Source of the DNA: a virus
IMG/VR virus record: IMGVR_UViG_3300033489_000009
Span: 769 to 64,768 of that record
DNA: 64,000 nucleotides
Direction: 5' to 3' (one strand)
Both the position numbers and the translations under genes were made by a program. A model generated the notes under the pieces. It was not told where the DNA came from. It worked only from the letters and a program-made list of their open reading frames with translations, and did no database searches. Below are positions 54,798 to 64,000 of this stretch, piece after piece. How positions within the stretch are numbered: the first letter of the stretch is position 1; each line of letters begins with the position of its first letter.

Positions 54798-55466
54798 TCA
54801 GCCTCCTGTTCTGCGGGCTCGGTAACTCCGCGCCACGTCCCGCTTGTAGCACTGCCGGCACTTTCCGAGCGCATGTGGCGGGCGCTCTGGATGTCCACAC
54901 GAGTTGGCAGGAGCAGGCTCGCGCTTTTGTGCACCCGTACGCCATCTCACGTAACATGCCGCGCACATTCCGCGCGCCTTGTGGCACCTATCTGGGTGTC
55001 CGCATTCGTTCTCGCGTGCAGGCCTGTCGTAGTAGCTGCTTCGGCGCTTGTTCAGCGCCTGCTCATCCCAGGTCGCCCACCGGCAATTACCGGGCTCATA
55101 GTCGCCGTCGTTGTCGATGCGGTCGAGCGTCGTACCTTCACAGCGCTCCCCCATATCTGCCAGGAAGGTCGCAAAATCGAACCAACGTAGGCACACCTTG
55201 ATGCCCCGTGCGCCGTAGTGCTTCCACGCAGGATTCGCGGGGTTGGTGCAGCGTTGGATCATGCTGGTCCACGTGTTATACGTAGGTGTTCGATCCTGCC
55301 CGTGCTTGCCATGGCCGTGCTTCTCGCGAGTGCCGTTCGCGCGGCGAGTTGCTTCACGCTTCGCAATAGTCTCTGGCGACAGCTTGCGCCCAAGCATTGC
55401 CGTTCGATTCTTGGCCCGGATTTCGGGTGTGCGCTCATATGTCATGGACAACATTTTACCCTCCAT
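54798..55466 (-). CDS. Free-standing HNH-type homing endonuclease
   Basis: YNTWTSMIQRC.NP....YG.RGI.VC.RW..F..FL.DMG...TLDRIDNDGDYEPGNCRWAT; N-terminal NUMOD3-like segment, two C-terminal CGHP..C..CY units; visibly lower GC than neighbours. Confidence 0.88.
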   Translation of the reverse strand: MEGKMLSMTYERTPEIRAKNRTAMLGRKLSPETIAKREATRRANGTREKHGHGKHGQDRTPTYNTWTSMIQRCTNPANPAWKHYGARGIKVCLRWFDFATFLADMGERCEGTTLDRIDNDGDYEPGNCRWATWDEQALNKRRSSYYDRPARENECGHPDRCHKARGMCAACYVRWRTGAQKREPAPANSCGHPERPPHALGKCRQCYKRDVARSYRARRTGG

Positions 55467-55468
55467 CC

Positions 55469-55927
55469 TTACCTCACCTGGGGCCATAAATTGTCCACGA
55501 TCAGCGGGACGGTCACGTCGATCACCCGGTAGACGGTGTCGTCCTGGGTCAGGTACCCGGGCTTGGCGGCGATGGGTGGGCCGTGGGCTCCGAGCACGTC
55601 GACCTCCACGCTCGCGCCGAGGTCGAGGTCGCCGATGACCGAGCCGATCAGGGCGCTCGCTGCGGCGAGGATCTCCGGGTCCACGCGGTCCCCGTCGACG
55701 ATCGCCGGGAGGGGCCGGAAGATGCGGGCGAGGAACGCGAGCCGGGCGCTGGTGGTGGCGAGGCCGGACCGGCGGGGGATCGCTCGCAGGTCGTCGACCC
55801 AGACGGCGCAGGACAGGCCCCGGCCGGGGGCGTTGGCGGGTTCGTGGCCGGCGACCCGGTCGAACAGACCCAACGCGGCGGCGTGGTCGATGACCGCGGC
55901 GTGCAACCCGGCAGCGTCCAGGGTCAC
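55469..55927 (-). CDS. Tail terminator (putative)
   Basis: 152 aa; position after the neck gene; GY.......YR..D.TVP..V...W.Q motif. Confidence 0.7.
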   Translation of the reverse strand: MTLDAAGLHAAVIDHAAALGLFDRVAGHEPANAPGRGLSCAVWVDDLRAIPRRSGLATTSARLAFLARIFRPLPAIVDGDRVDPEILAAASALIGSVIGDLDLGASVEVDVLGAHGPPIAAKPGYLTQDDTVYRVIDVTVPLIVDNLWPQVR

Positions 55928-56304
55928 CGGATCACCGCCAGGTGCCTGGCCACGACCGGCGCGGCGAGCGCCGGGATCTGCTCGACGACCAGGTTGGTGG
56001 CGTCACGGAAGGAGTGGTAGCCCTTGAACCGGGTCGTCTGGTTGCGCTTGGAGACGCCTTCGAGCCAGGGACCGTAGATGATGCCCCGGTCGGTGACGTG
56101 CGCGTCCGGTCGCTGGTCGCGGCGCAGGATCTGCGTCTCGTAGTACGGCGTCGGGTACTGGATGTTCTCGTTCAGGTACTGGTGGACGTTCGCGGAGGCC
56201 TGGTCGGCGACGGTGCGGGCCACATCCCAGGCGATCTCGGCGACCTCGTCGGCGGCGCGGCCATCGAACATCGGACCCGTCAGGGTCACCGTGGCGGCGC
56301 TCAT
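55924..56304 (-). CDS. Neck / HK97 gp10-like protein
   Basis: GP.FDGRA...YGPWLEG...RN.TTRFKGY..FR; ATGA overlap. Confidence 0.7.
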   Translation of the reverse strand: MSAATVTLTGPMFDGRAADEVAEIAWDVARTVADQASANVHQYLNENIQYPTPYYETQILRRDQRPDAHVTDRGIIYGPWLEGVSKRNQTTRFKGYHSFRDATNLVVEQIPALAAPVVARHLAVIR

Positions 56305-57365
56305 ATCGCACCGATCCGTGCCTTGCGGCCGTGCGCGGCGTACACGCGGTCCCGCAGGTCGGACAGGGCACGGCCCGACGCTGGCCGGGCGTTGTCTCCC
56401 GAGCCGACGGTCCGGGCGTACCCGGATGCCTGCTGAGCCAGCGCATCCAACGCGTGGGCGACGATGTACTGGTTGACCAGTGCCGGTGGCAAATGCCGGG
56501 TGAGCGTTGCCCCGGTCAGGTGGGTGGCCGCAGTGGTGCCGGCCGCGGCACGGACAACGGTGAGAGTCCGGGGGGCGTAGATCGCGGCACCGGACGCGTG
56601 CGCGGCGACCGTCGTGCCGTCCCAGCCGCGGCGCACCACCAGCGTTGTGGCGGCCACGTCGTCGACCAGGAGCCGCTCCGCCTCGACCAGGAGCGTCTCC
56701 CCCGCGAACCACGTCCCACCGGAGACGGTCAGCGTCTGCCCGGCCGTCGACGCGGCCAGCCCTGCACCTGCCACGGTCCTGGTGGTGTCGGCCATCGTCT
56801 TACCGGTCACGAGCATCCGCTCGGTCCCGGCCTGCAGCAGGTCACCGACCCCGACAGTCGCGGAGTCGGTGACGTCGACGGCCGTCTCTGTAGCGTCGAG
56901 AGCCTCCGCCAGCGCCCCGGCCGCCGCGGAATCGAGCGAGTACGCCCAGACGCCGGTGGCGGTGATGTCCCGCTGCCACGTCGCCCCGCCACCGAGGGAG
57001 TAGGCGGTGGACGTGTCGATCTCCAGGCGGGTGTACGGGGGGCCGTCGTCGGGGCGCAGGAGCGCCGCGGTGGTGGGGATCGCCGCGCCGCCCGAGGTGA
57101 GGCCGGTGAGGGTCGCGAGGTCGGGCATCGGCGGGTCCCCGACACCCTCGGAGAGCCAGATCAGCCACGGCGTGGCCTGGGTGGGGTGCGGCCAGTCGAA
57201 CGTCCGGGATCCGGTCTGGGGCCAGAAGATGCGGTGGCAGAGTCGGTCCACGTCCCGGGAGGCGGCGGTGATGGCGTCGTCGATGCGCCGGTTCGCCCGC
57301 GCGGTGTCTTTCAGGTCGAGGGCGTCCTTGACCTGCTCGCGGGTCGCGTACACCGGCAGGCTCAT
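56301..57365 (-). CDS. Head-tail adaptor with large internal insertion
   Basis: YAT.E.VK.AL...ID.AI.AASR.VD..C.R.F...R.FD N-terminus; V.GVW.Y; inserted beta repeats. Confidence 0.75.
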   Translation of the reverse strand: MSLPVYATREQVKDALDLKDTARANRRIDDAITAASRDVDRLCHRIFWPQTGSRTFDWPHPTQATPWLIWLSEGVGDPPMPDLATLTGLTSGGAAIPTTAALLRPDDGPPYTRLEIDTSTAYSLGGGATWQRDITATGVWAYSLDSAAAGALAEALDATETAVDVTDSATVGVGDLLQAGTERMLVTGKTMADTTRTVAGAGLAASTAGQTLTVSGGTWFAGETLLVEAERLLVDDVAATTLVVRRGWDGTTVAAHASGAAIYAPRTLTVVRAAAGTTAATHLTGATLTRHLPPALVNQYIVAHALDALAQQASGYARTVGSGDNARPASGRALSDLRDRVYAAHGRKARIGAI

Positions 57366-57403
57366 CGCCGGTCACCTCCTCTCACGGCTCGGGCTGGCTG
57401 GGG

Positions 57404-57565
57404 TCAGGGTTCGTTGCCGCAGAACGGGCACTGCTGGACCCCGCCCTTGCCGGCGACCAGGAGGGTGCCGTCGGCAGGGCAGGACACGGGCCGCCGGGAC
57501 CGGTCGGCCTCGCCTTCCTGCCGGGCCTCCTTGAGGATCGACAGGAGCCCATCCCAGCCGGCCAC
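57404..57565 (-). CDS. Small Zn-ribbon protein (53 aa)
   Basis: Read manually: MAGWDGLLSILKEARQE...SCPADGTLL......CPFCG. Confidence 0.55.
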   Translation of the reverse strand: MAGWDGLLSILKEARQEGEADRSRRPVSCPADGTLLVAGKGGVQQCPFCGNEP

Positions 57566-57570
57566 GATGG

Positions 57571-57969
57571 TCAGGGCTTCCGGGGCGTGGTCGATCGGCG
57601 GCGGGTCCTGGCCGGGACGGCGAGCTTCGCCTCCGGCTCAGGACCGGGGTCGCCCTCGGGCTCCGAGTCCGGCACGGGGTCGGGCGGGCCGACGGTGAAG
57701 GTCACGACGTCCGCGCCGTCCACCTGGTCGCTCACGTCGGCCACCACCACTGCGGTCGGCTCCGGCTCGGGGTCCGGCACGACGACCGGCACTGGCGCAG
57801 CGGCCGCGGCCTTGGCGGCGTCGTCGGCTCGCGCGTTACTCGCCCCACCCTGTGCTGTGATCTTCGGCATCCCCTGGCCCTCCTCGAAGTGGCGGCGGTG
57901 ACCGCAGTGCGGGCAGCACGGCAGCCCCACGGCGAATCTGGTCCCGCACGCCATGCAGGTCCACAACAT
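57571..57969 (-). CDS. Zn-ribbon protein with Pro/acidic tail
   Basis: GGAGAGGGAGG RBS; WTCMACGTRFAVGLPCCPHCG...MPKIT..GGASN. Confidence 0.6.
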   Translation of the reverse strand: MLWTCMACGTRFAVGLPCCPHCGHRRHFEEGQGMPKITAQGGASNARADDAAKAAAAAPVPVVVPDPEPEPTAVVVADVSDQVDGADVVTFTVGPPDPVPDSEPEGDPGPEPEAKLAVPARTRRRSTTPRKP

Positions 57970-58020
57970 CCCGGCGGTGCCCCCTCCCTCTCCCCCTGTC
58001 GACTGCTGCTGACTGGCCCC

Positions 58021-58064
58021 CACGGTCCGGGCCCGGTCACCCAGGCGCCGGCGCCCGGACCGTG
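58021..58064. terminator. Intergenic 12-bp inverted repeat
   Basis: CACGGTCCGGGC ... GCCCGGACCGTG. Confidence 0.5.
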
Positions 58065-58079
58065 GAGGTGACCCTCGGG

Positions 58080-58541
58080 TCAGGCCGAGGCCGTGACCGT
58101 GGCGCCTGTCGTCAACGCCACATACGTGCAGTACCACTGGATCGCGCCATCAGCGGTGGCCTCCGTGGCCACCGACTCGACCTCACCGGTCGTGGCCACG
58201 AAGCTGAGCGGCTGCCCGGATCCCTTGACCAGGGCCGGCGCGGCAGCGGTCGCTGCCTGGCCGGCGATGACCGTCCCGGCCGCCGTGTTCGTGGTCCCGA
58301 GGTCGACCGCGGTCGCGATGACCACGGTGTCGCCGACGGTCGGGTCGGTCTGGACGTTGATGGTGTTCGCGCCGGCCATCTCGACCGTGGTCACGCCCCA
58401 CATCGCGGTGATGAGGACCTGCCCGCCGGCGACGGTGAACACCTGGTGGGTCGCTGCGCCAGCGATCGTCTGGAGCTTCCCGACGACCCGCTCACCGAGG
58501 ATCACCTTGCGGATGGATGTCTGGTCAACCATTGTCGTCAC
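58080..58541 (-). CDS. Putative virion (capsid accessory) protein
   Basis: 153 aa Thr/Ala/Val-rich beta protein two genes after the capsid gene. Confidence 0.65.
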   Translation of the reverse strand: MTTMVDQTSIRKVILGERVVGKLQTIAGAATHQVFTVAGGQVLITAMWGVTTVEMAGANTINVQTDPTVGDTVVIATAVDLGTTNTAAGTVIAGQAATAAAPALVKGSGQPLSFVATTGEVESVATEATADGAIQWYCTYVALTTGATVTASA

Positions 58542-58559
58542 TGCGAGACCCCTTCCCGG

Positions 58560-59081
58560 TCAGGCGTTCGCTGCGCCTGGCCGCAGCAGGTTGGGCAGGT
58601 TCGCCGGGGTCCGCTGGCTGGCCAGGTCGACCCGCAGGTACAGGAACGCTGCGAGCTGGGCGTTGTTGGACAGGTCGGCCTGGTTCACGGAGATGTGGGT
58701 GTACCCGTCCGCGAGCGACGTTGACGGGACGTGGATCACGTAGATCTTCTGCTTCTGCGCGTCGTCCGCGACCGCCGTCATGATCGCCGCCGCGGTCTGG
58801 GCCGTCTTCGACCACGACTCGTCGTTGTCCAGGAGCGTCTCGGCCTTGCGGTAGATCGTGGTCATGGTCGCCAGGTCCGCCGACGTGCCGCCGGTGTAGG
58901 CGGTGTGCTGCTGCAGGCTGGGCACCGGGTCGTCGCCGTCCGTGCCCGCGGCGTAGACCAGGAGCAGGTCGATCCCCCCGCAGCCCTGCATGCTGATCCG
59001 CTTGCCGGTCGCACCCGCGGTACCCAGGTCGACCGGCGCGAGGGCGAGGCCGACGTCGTAGAGCCTTCCAAGTCCGAGCAT
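58560..59081 (-). CDS. Putative capsid decoration protein
   Basis: 173 aa beta-rich protein immediately after the capsid gene. Confidence 0.65.
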   Translation of the reverse strand: MLGLGRLYDVGLALAPVDLGTAGATGKRISMQGCGGIDLLLVYAAGTDGDDPVPSLQQHTAYTGGTSADLATMTTIYRKAETLLDNDESWSKTAQTAAAIMTAVADDAQKQKIYVIHVPSTSLADGYTHISVNQADLSNNAQLAAFLYLRVDLASQRTPANLPNLLRPGAANA

Positions 59082-59134
59082 GATGCTTTGTCCTCTCCGA
59101 CCGGGGTTTCAATGCCGGCCAGGTTGGGCCTACC

Positions 59135-59169
59135 GCGTGCTCGGGACCGGGCCACAGCCCCGAGCACGC
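59135..59169. terminator. Hairpin downstream of the major capsid gene
   Basis: GCGTGCTCGGG-N13-CCCGAGCACGC. Confidence 0.55.
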
Positions 59170-59182
59170 TCGGCCGAGAGCG

Positions 59183-60556
59183 TTAGGAGCGGGTCGCGAT
59201 CTGCACGAACGGGGACAGCGTGCTGCCGCCGTTCTTGGGGGTGATCGGGGACTTGATCCAGGGCTGGCCGTCGACCCGCTCGATGATCTTGTAGGCGGTC
59301 AGGTCGCTGGCGAACTTGTAGTGCGGGCTGGACGTCGCACTCATGACCTGCCGGTCACCGATCAGGTAGAAGCCCGGGTCCACGAACGAGATGTCCCCGG
59401 CGGTGCCCAGCGTCGGAACCTTCTCCGTGAAGTACACCGGCCGGCCCAGGATGGACATCGGCGGGCCGGACACGCCGTTGTTCAGCCAGATCGCGGACCC
59501 GCCGGTCCCCACCGAGAGGGCCATCGTGGCCAACGCGGGGAATGTGTCGATGCTGGCGATCCAGATCGCCCGCCCCAGCGAGCTGGGGAGCATCCGGGCG
59601 AACATCTTCACGATGTTCTCCCACACAACCGTGGTCGCCGGCTGCCCCGTCTCGGCAGTCGCCGACACCAAGGACGTGTTCCCGGCGTCGAGCATCCCGA
59701 GCGGCATCCCGACCCCGGTGCCGTTGATGAAAGCGTCGTCCTCGTAAAACCCCAACGCCTCAGGGAAGATTTGGTTTATGAACGCCTCGAAGCTGATCGC
59801 GCTGTCCGAGATGAGCTCGTTGGGGACCTCGGTGTAGGCGGTCAGCTTCTTCGCTTCGAGGACGATCCGGGAGAACGCCGCCTGGCTCGCGGTTAGAGCT
59901 CCGCCCTCTTCGGTCCAGTAGCAGACGATCCCCCCATACACCGAGGAGGCGTTGGAGGTGGCGTCGATCGCGGGGAACGGGACCCGCAAGCTCTCCATCG
60001 GGATGACGCGGGCGCGGGGCCGGATCAGCGCCGTCTCCAGGGCGACGCGCAGCAGCTCGGCCCGGAGCGTCTCCGGGATCAGGAACCCACCCTCGGACGG
60101 CACCGTGGAGTCGAACGCGGCCCGGACCCGGGAGATCCTCGCCTGCGCGACGGCGTCCCGCTGAGAGAGGTGCCAGATGCTCTTGAAGTAGTCCGCGCTG
60201 CCCTTGAACTCGTTGTCGATCTTCGCGCCCATGGCCTTGGGGTTGTGGATCGCGTTGCGCTGCGCGGGGATCGGCAGCGGGTCCCCAGGCGCCAGGCTCG
60301 GGCGGACCAGATCCTCCTGCCGGTGCTCCTTCAAGAAGCCCGCCACGACCCGCTGCGTCTCCTCACGGACCTGCGTCGCGATGGACTGGTCCTTGTCCAG
60401 GACCGTCTTCGCATAGTTGGAGATGAACTCCCCGAATTGGTCGGTGTTCGTGGTGAACAGGTCCTTCATCCGGGTGGGGTCCTGGAGCATCGCCTCGAGC
60501 TCGGCGGCGCTGGTGGGGATGGTGAGCCGCTTCGGCTCGACCGTCGGTGCGGGCAT
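59183..60556 (-). CDS. Major capsid protein (HK97 fold), 457 aa
   Basis: GGFLIPE, ALETALIRPRA..IPM, YWTEEG, I.LEAKKL..Y..V.NEL..DS, GRPV.FTEK, YLIGDR, ERVDG. The start is set at ATG 60556 (MPAPTVEPK), not 61291. Confidence 0.95.
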   Translation of the reverse strand: MPAPTVEPKRLTIPTSAAELEAMLQDPTRMKDLFTTNTDQFGEFISNYAKTVLDKDQSIATQVREETQRVVAGFLKEHRQEDLVRPSLAPGDPLPIPAQRNAIHNPKAMGAKIDNEFKGSADYFKSIWHLSQRDAVAQARISRVRAAFDSTVPSEGGFLIPETLRAELLRVALETALIRPRARVIPMESLRVPFPAIDATSNASSVYGGIVCYWTEEGGALTASQAAFSRIVLEAKKLTAYTEVPNELISDSAISFEAFINQIFPEALGFYEDDAFINGTGVGMPLGMLDAGNTSLVSATAETGQPATTVVWENIVKMFARMLPSSLGRAIWIASIDTFPALATMALSVGTGGSAIWLNNGVSGPPMSILGRPVYFTEKVPTLGTAGDISFVDPGFYLIGDRQVMSATSSPHYKFASDLTAYKIIERVDGQPWIKSPITPKNGGSTLSPFVQIATRS

Positions 60557-60561
60557 GCGGC

Positions 60562-61820
<1,259 letters not shown>

Positions 61821-61821
<1 letters not shown>

Positions 61822-64000
61822 CAGCCGTCACCTCTCTGCTCGGGTAGTTCGACCCACTTGCGCCAGTCGGATCCGCCGCGCCAGACGGCGACTACCTGTC
61901 CTCGGCAGCGGTCCCGGCCGAGGCAGTCGAGGTAGCCGCGGATCGGGTACGTGAGCAGCCAGGGCCGCAGCGGGTCGTCGCTGTTGCCGAGCCACTTCCG
62001 ATTCACAGCCCGACAATTCGGACATGTCGCCCGGTCAAGTACCTCATCGCTGTAGAGCGCGGCGGACGGTCCGGCGGTGATCGTGGCGAGACGCCCCTCG
62101 TGCTGCGCCTGCGTCAGCGCGCCACCAAGGACGTCCTCCGCCTGCGCGTCCGTCAGCAGGTCGAGGTGCTCGGTGACCACGGTGGTGACCTGGTCGGGGG
62201 TCGAGCCGGGGCCCCAGGAGCGCAGCGCGGCCCTGCCTGCGGACATGGCCAGTCCGGCCGTCAGCGACGCGGCGGCGACCTGCGCGGTCGCGGCGAGACC
62301 GAACCGTTGGACCGTCCCGGTGCTGATGGTGACGTCCTGCGCTGCGGCCTCCGCGACGACCTGCCCGGCAGCATCCGCGGCGAGGGCGACCATCGCCTCT
62401 TCGAGGGCGGCGGCCGCGTCGAGGGACGCGGCGTGCAGGCCGGTGAGGGCGATGACGTCGCCGGCCGCGACGGCCTGCCTGACCTGCTCGACCAGGGCCG
62501 TCTTCTGCACGGTGGTGTAGCCGGCCCAGGTGGCGAGCAGGGCGTCCAGCGCCTGCTGCCACGAGTCCTGGACGGGGGTCAGGTCGGGGCCGGCGCCGGT
62601 AGGCAGCTCGGCGGGGGTGGCGTCACCGGGCGCCTCGGGCAGGACCGCGGCGGCCCGGGGCGCACCAGTGTCGTCGCGGGCATGCCGGCGGGGGGCGGGC
62701 GCGCTGTGCGTGAGGGCGGTCCGGACGGCGGCGGCGAGGGTCTGGCTGGTGGCCAGCGCCATCGTCAGCGCACGGTCATCGCGGGGGTGGCGGGCCGCCG
62801 GAGTGGGGGACACCGACGGCCCGCCGTCCTGGGGAGGCTGCGCCGCCGTCGGGGGCGGGGCGGCGTCCATCTCCAGGTCCTCAGGCAGACCCACGACCCG
62901 CGCCGCGGACCGGGCGCTCACACCGGCCTGCCGGTATGTCGAGAACGCGGTCGCTTTGCTGGTCCGGTCGGACTGCTCCAGCTCCTCGTCCTCCGGGACC
63001 GGGCTGTCGTAGTCGAACTCGACGCCCCGCCCCGTCGTCCCGAACAGGGGCAAGAAGAACCCGTTCAACGCGAGCTTGATCCGCTCCAGGCGGGGGACGA
63101 GACAGCCCGTCGCATAGATCACCCGGGCCGCTTCAGCGTTGGCCCGGTTCACGTTCTCGACGGTCCCGAGCATCGGCAGCGGGTACCGGTACGCCTCCCG
63201 GATCCGCTCCGACGACAGGTTCCGCAGCTCCGTGAACTGCATGTCCTTCACGCTGTAGCTGCGGTCGACCCATTCGCCCTGCTCGAGGATCGCGACCCGG
63301 TGGGCTTGCGCGACACCCTGATGCTGCTGCCGCCACCGGTCGCGCATCTCGTTGAACTCGTCGTCCGACAGGCGCTTGTCGACCTTGATGATCCCGCCGG
63401 GCTGCGCACTGTTCAGGAAGAAGTTCCGGTTCCATTCGGCGCCGAACCGGGCCGAGTCGATGTCAGCGAGGATCGTCCCGACCGGCCCGAGCCCCCGGTA
63501 CGGGTCCATCGGGTCCGGCAGCCGCAGCTGGATGACCTCGTCGAGGTCGAGGGGGACCTTCTCCCCGCCGGGGCCGGTGTACACCCAGCCCTTCAGGTAG
63601 TCCTTCACGGAGGGGACGGGTTCCATCCGGTCCGGGCGGACCGGCCACATCTCCAGCGGGATCGACCCGGCTTTGACGACCACCCAGTACGCCTCACCGG
63701 GCAGGTCCAGGTGCTGCTGGATCGTCTCGACGAACAGTTGCCGGTGGAAGAAGTCGTTCGGTTTGGTCCACACGTCGAGGGCGAGGTGGCGGGTCACCTC
63801 CTCCCGCTGGCCGTCCGGGGTGCCTGGTGCGGGGGTGCGGTACAGGTGCCAGTCGACGGCGGCGGTGTCGTAGGCGAGGGAGGAGACGATCGCATGGAGG
63901 GTGCCCGTCGCGCCCATGGCGGCGAGCTGGGCGGTGCGGCCCCCTCCCCCGCTGCCCGGGGTGGTGAACGCGTTCTGCCGGCCGGAGGTGTAGGGGACGG
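61821..64000 (-). CDS. Portal protein fused to a MuF-like head morphogenesis domain (5-prime end outside window)
   Basis: HK97-type portal motifs (LPGEAYW, WPVRPDR, DPYRGL.P, NRNFF.NSA.PGG), then a helical region and D..TC.NC...C.G..RCRG..VAVW. The frame is open upstream of 63917 to the window edge. Confidence 0.92.

Overview
High-GC window that looks like an almost complete, circularly permuted temperate siphophage or prophage genome of an actinomycete. The terminase genes lie at the left end and the portal gene runs off the right end, both on the minus strand, so the two ends are probably near-adjacent on a circle of a little over 64 kb. Modules in order: (1-4.6 kb) packaging, with an intein in TerL that hides an HNH endonuclease in another reading frame; (4.8-20.5 kb, minus) early genes, including two DNA methyltransferases, a replication initiator with internal iterons and a DnaA box, a Sak4-like ATPase and many small Zn-binding ORFs; (20.6-22.4 kb) cro / repressor / short tyrosine integrase with hallmarks of integration-dependent immunity; (22.5-23.3 kb) an autoregulated GNAT + HTH cassette; (23.8-29.5 kb, minus) a tightly coupled type IV-B CRISPR-Cas-like operon (HTH, cas6e, csf1, cas11, csf2, csf3, cysH-like, amino-methyltransferase) with no CRISPR array visible; (29.7-36.8 kb, plus) a divergent plasmid/AICE-type transfer module (res site, membrane-tailed resolvase, TraB/FtsK translocase, DUF2637 spread-like protein); (36.8-41.6 kb, plus) accessory genes including a lipoprotein nuclease, a Tad1-like anti-defence sponge and an L,D-transpeptidase; (42-64 kb, minus) SGNH hydrolase, lysis, tail and head genes. 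All protein calls come from motif recognition by eye; no database search was run. No tRNA, rRNA or CRISPR array was recognised.
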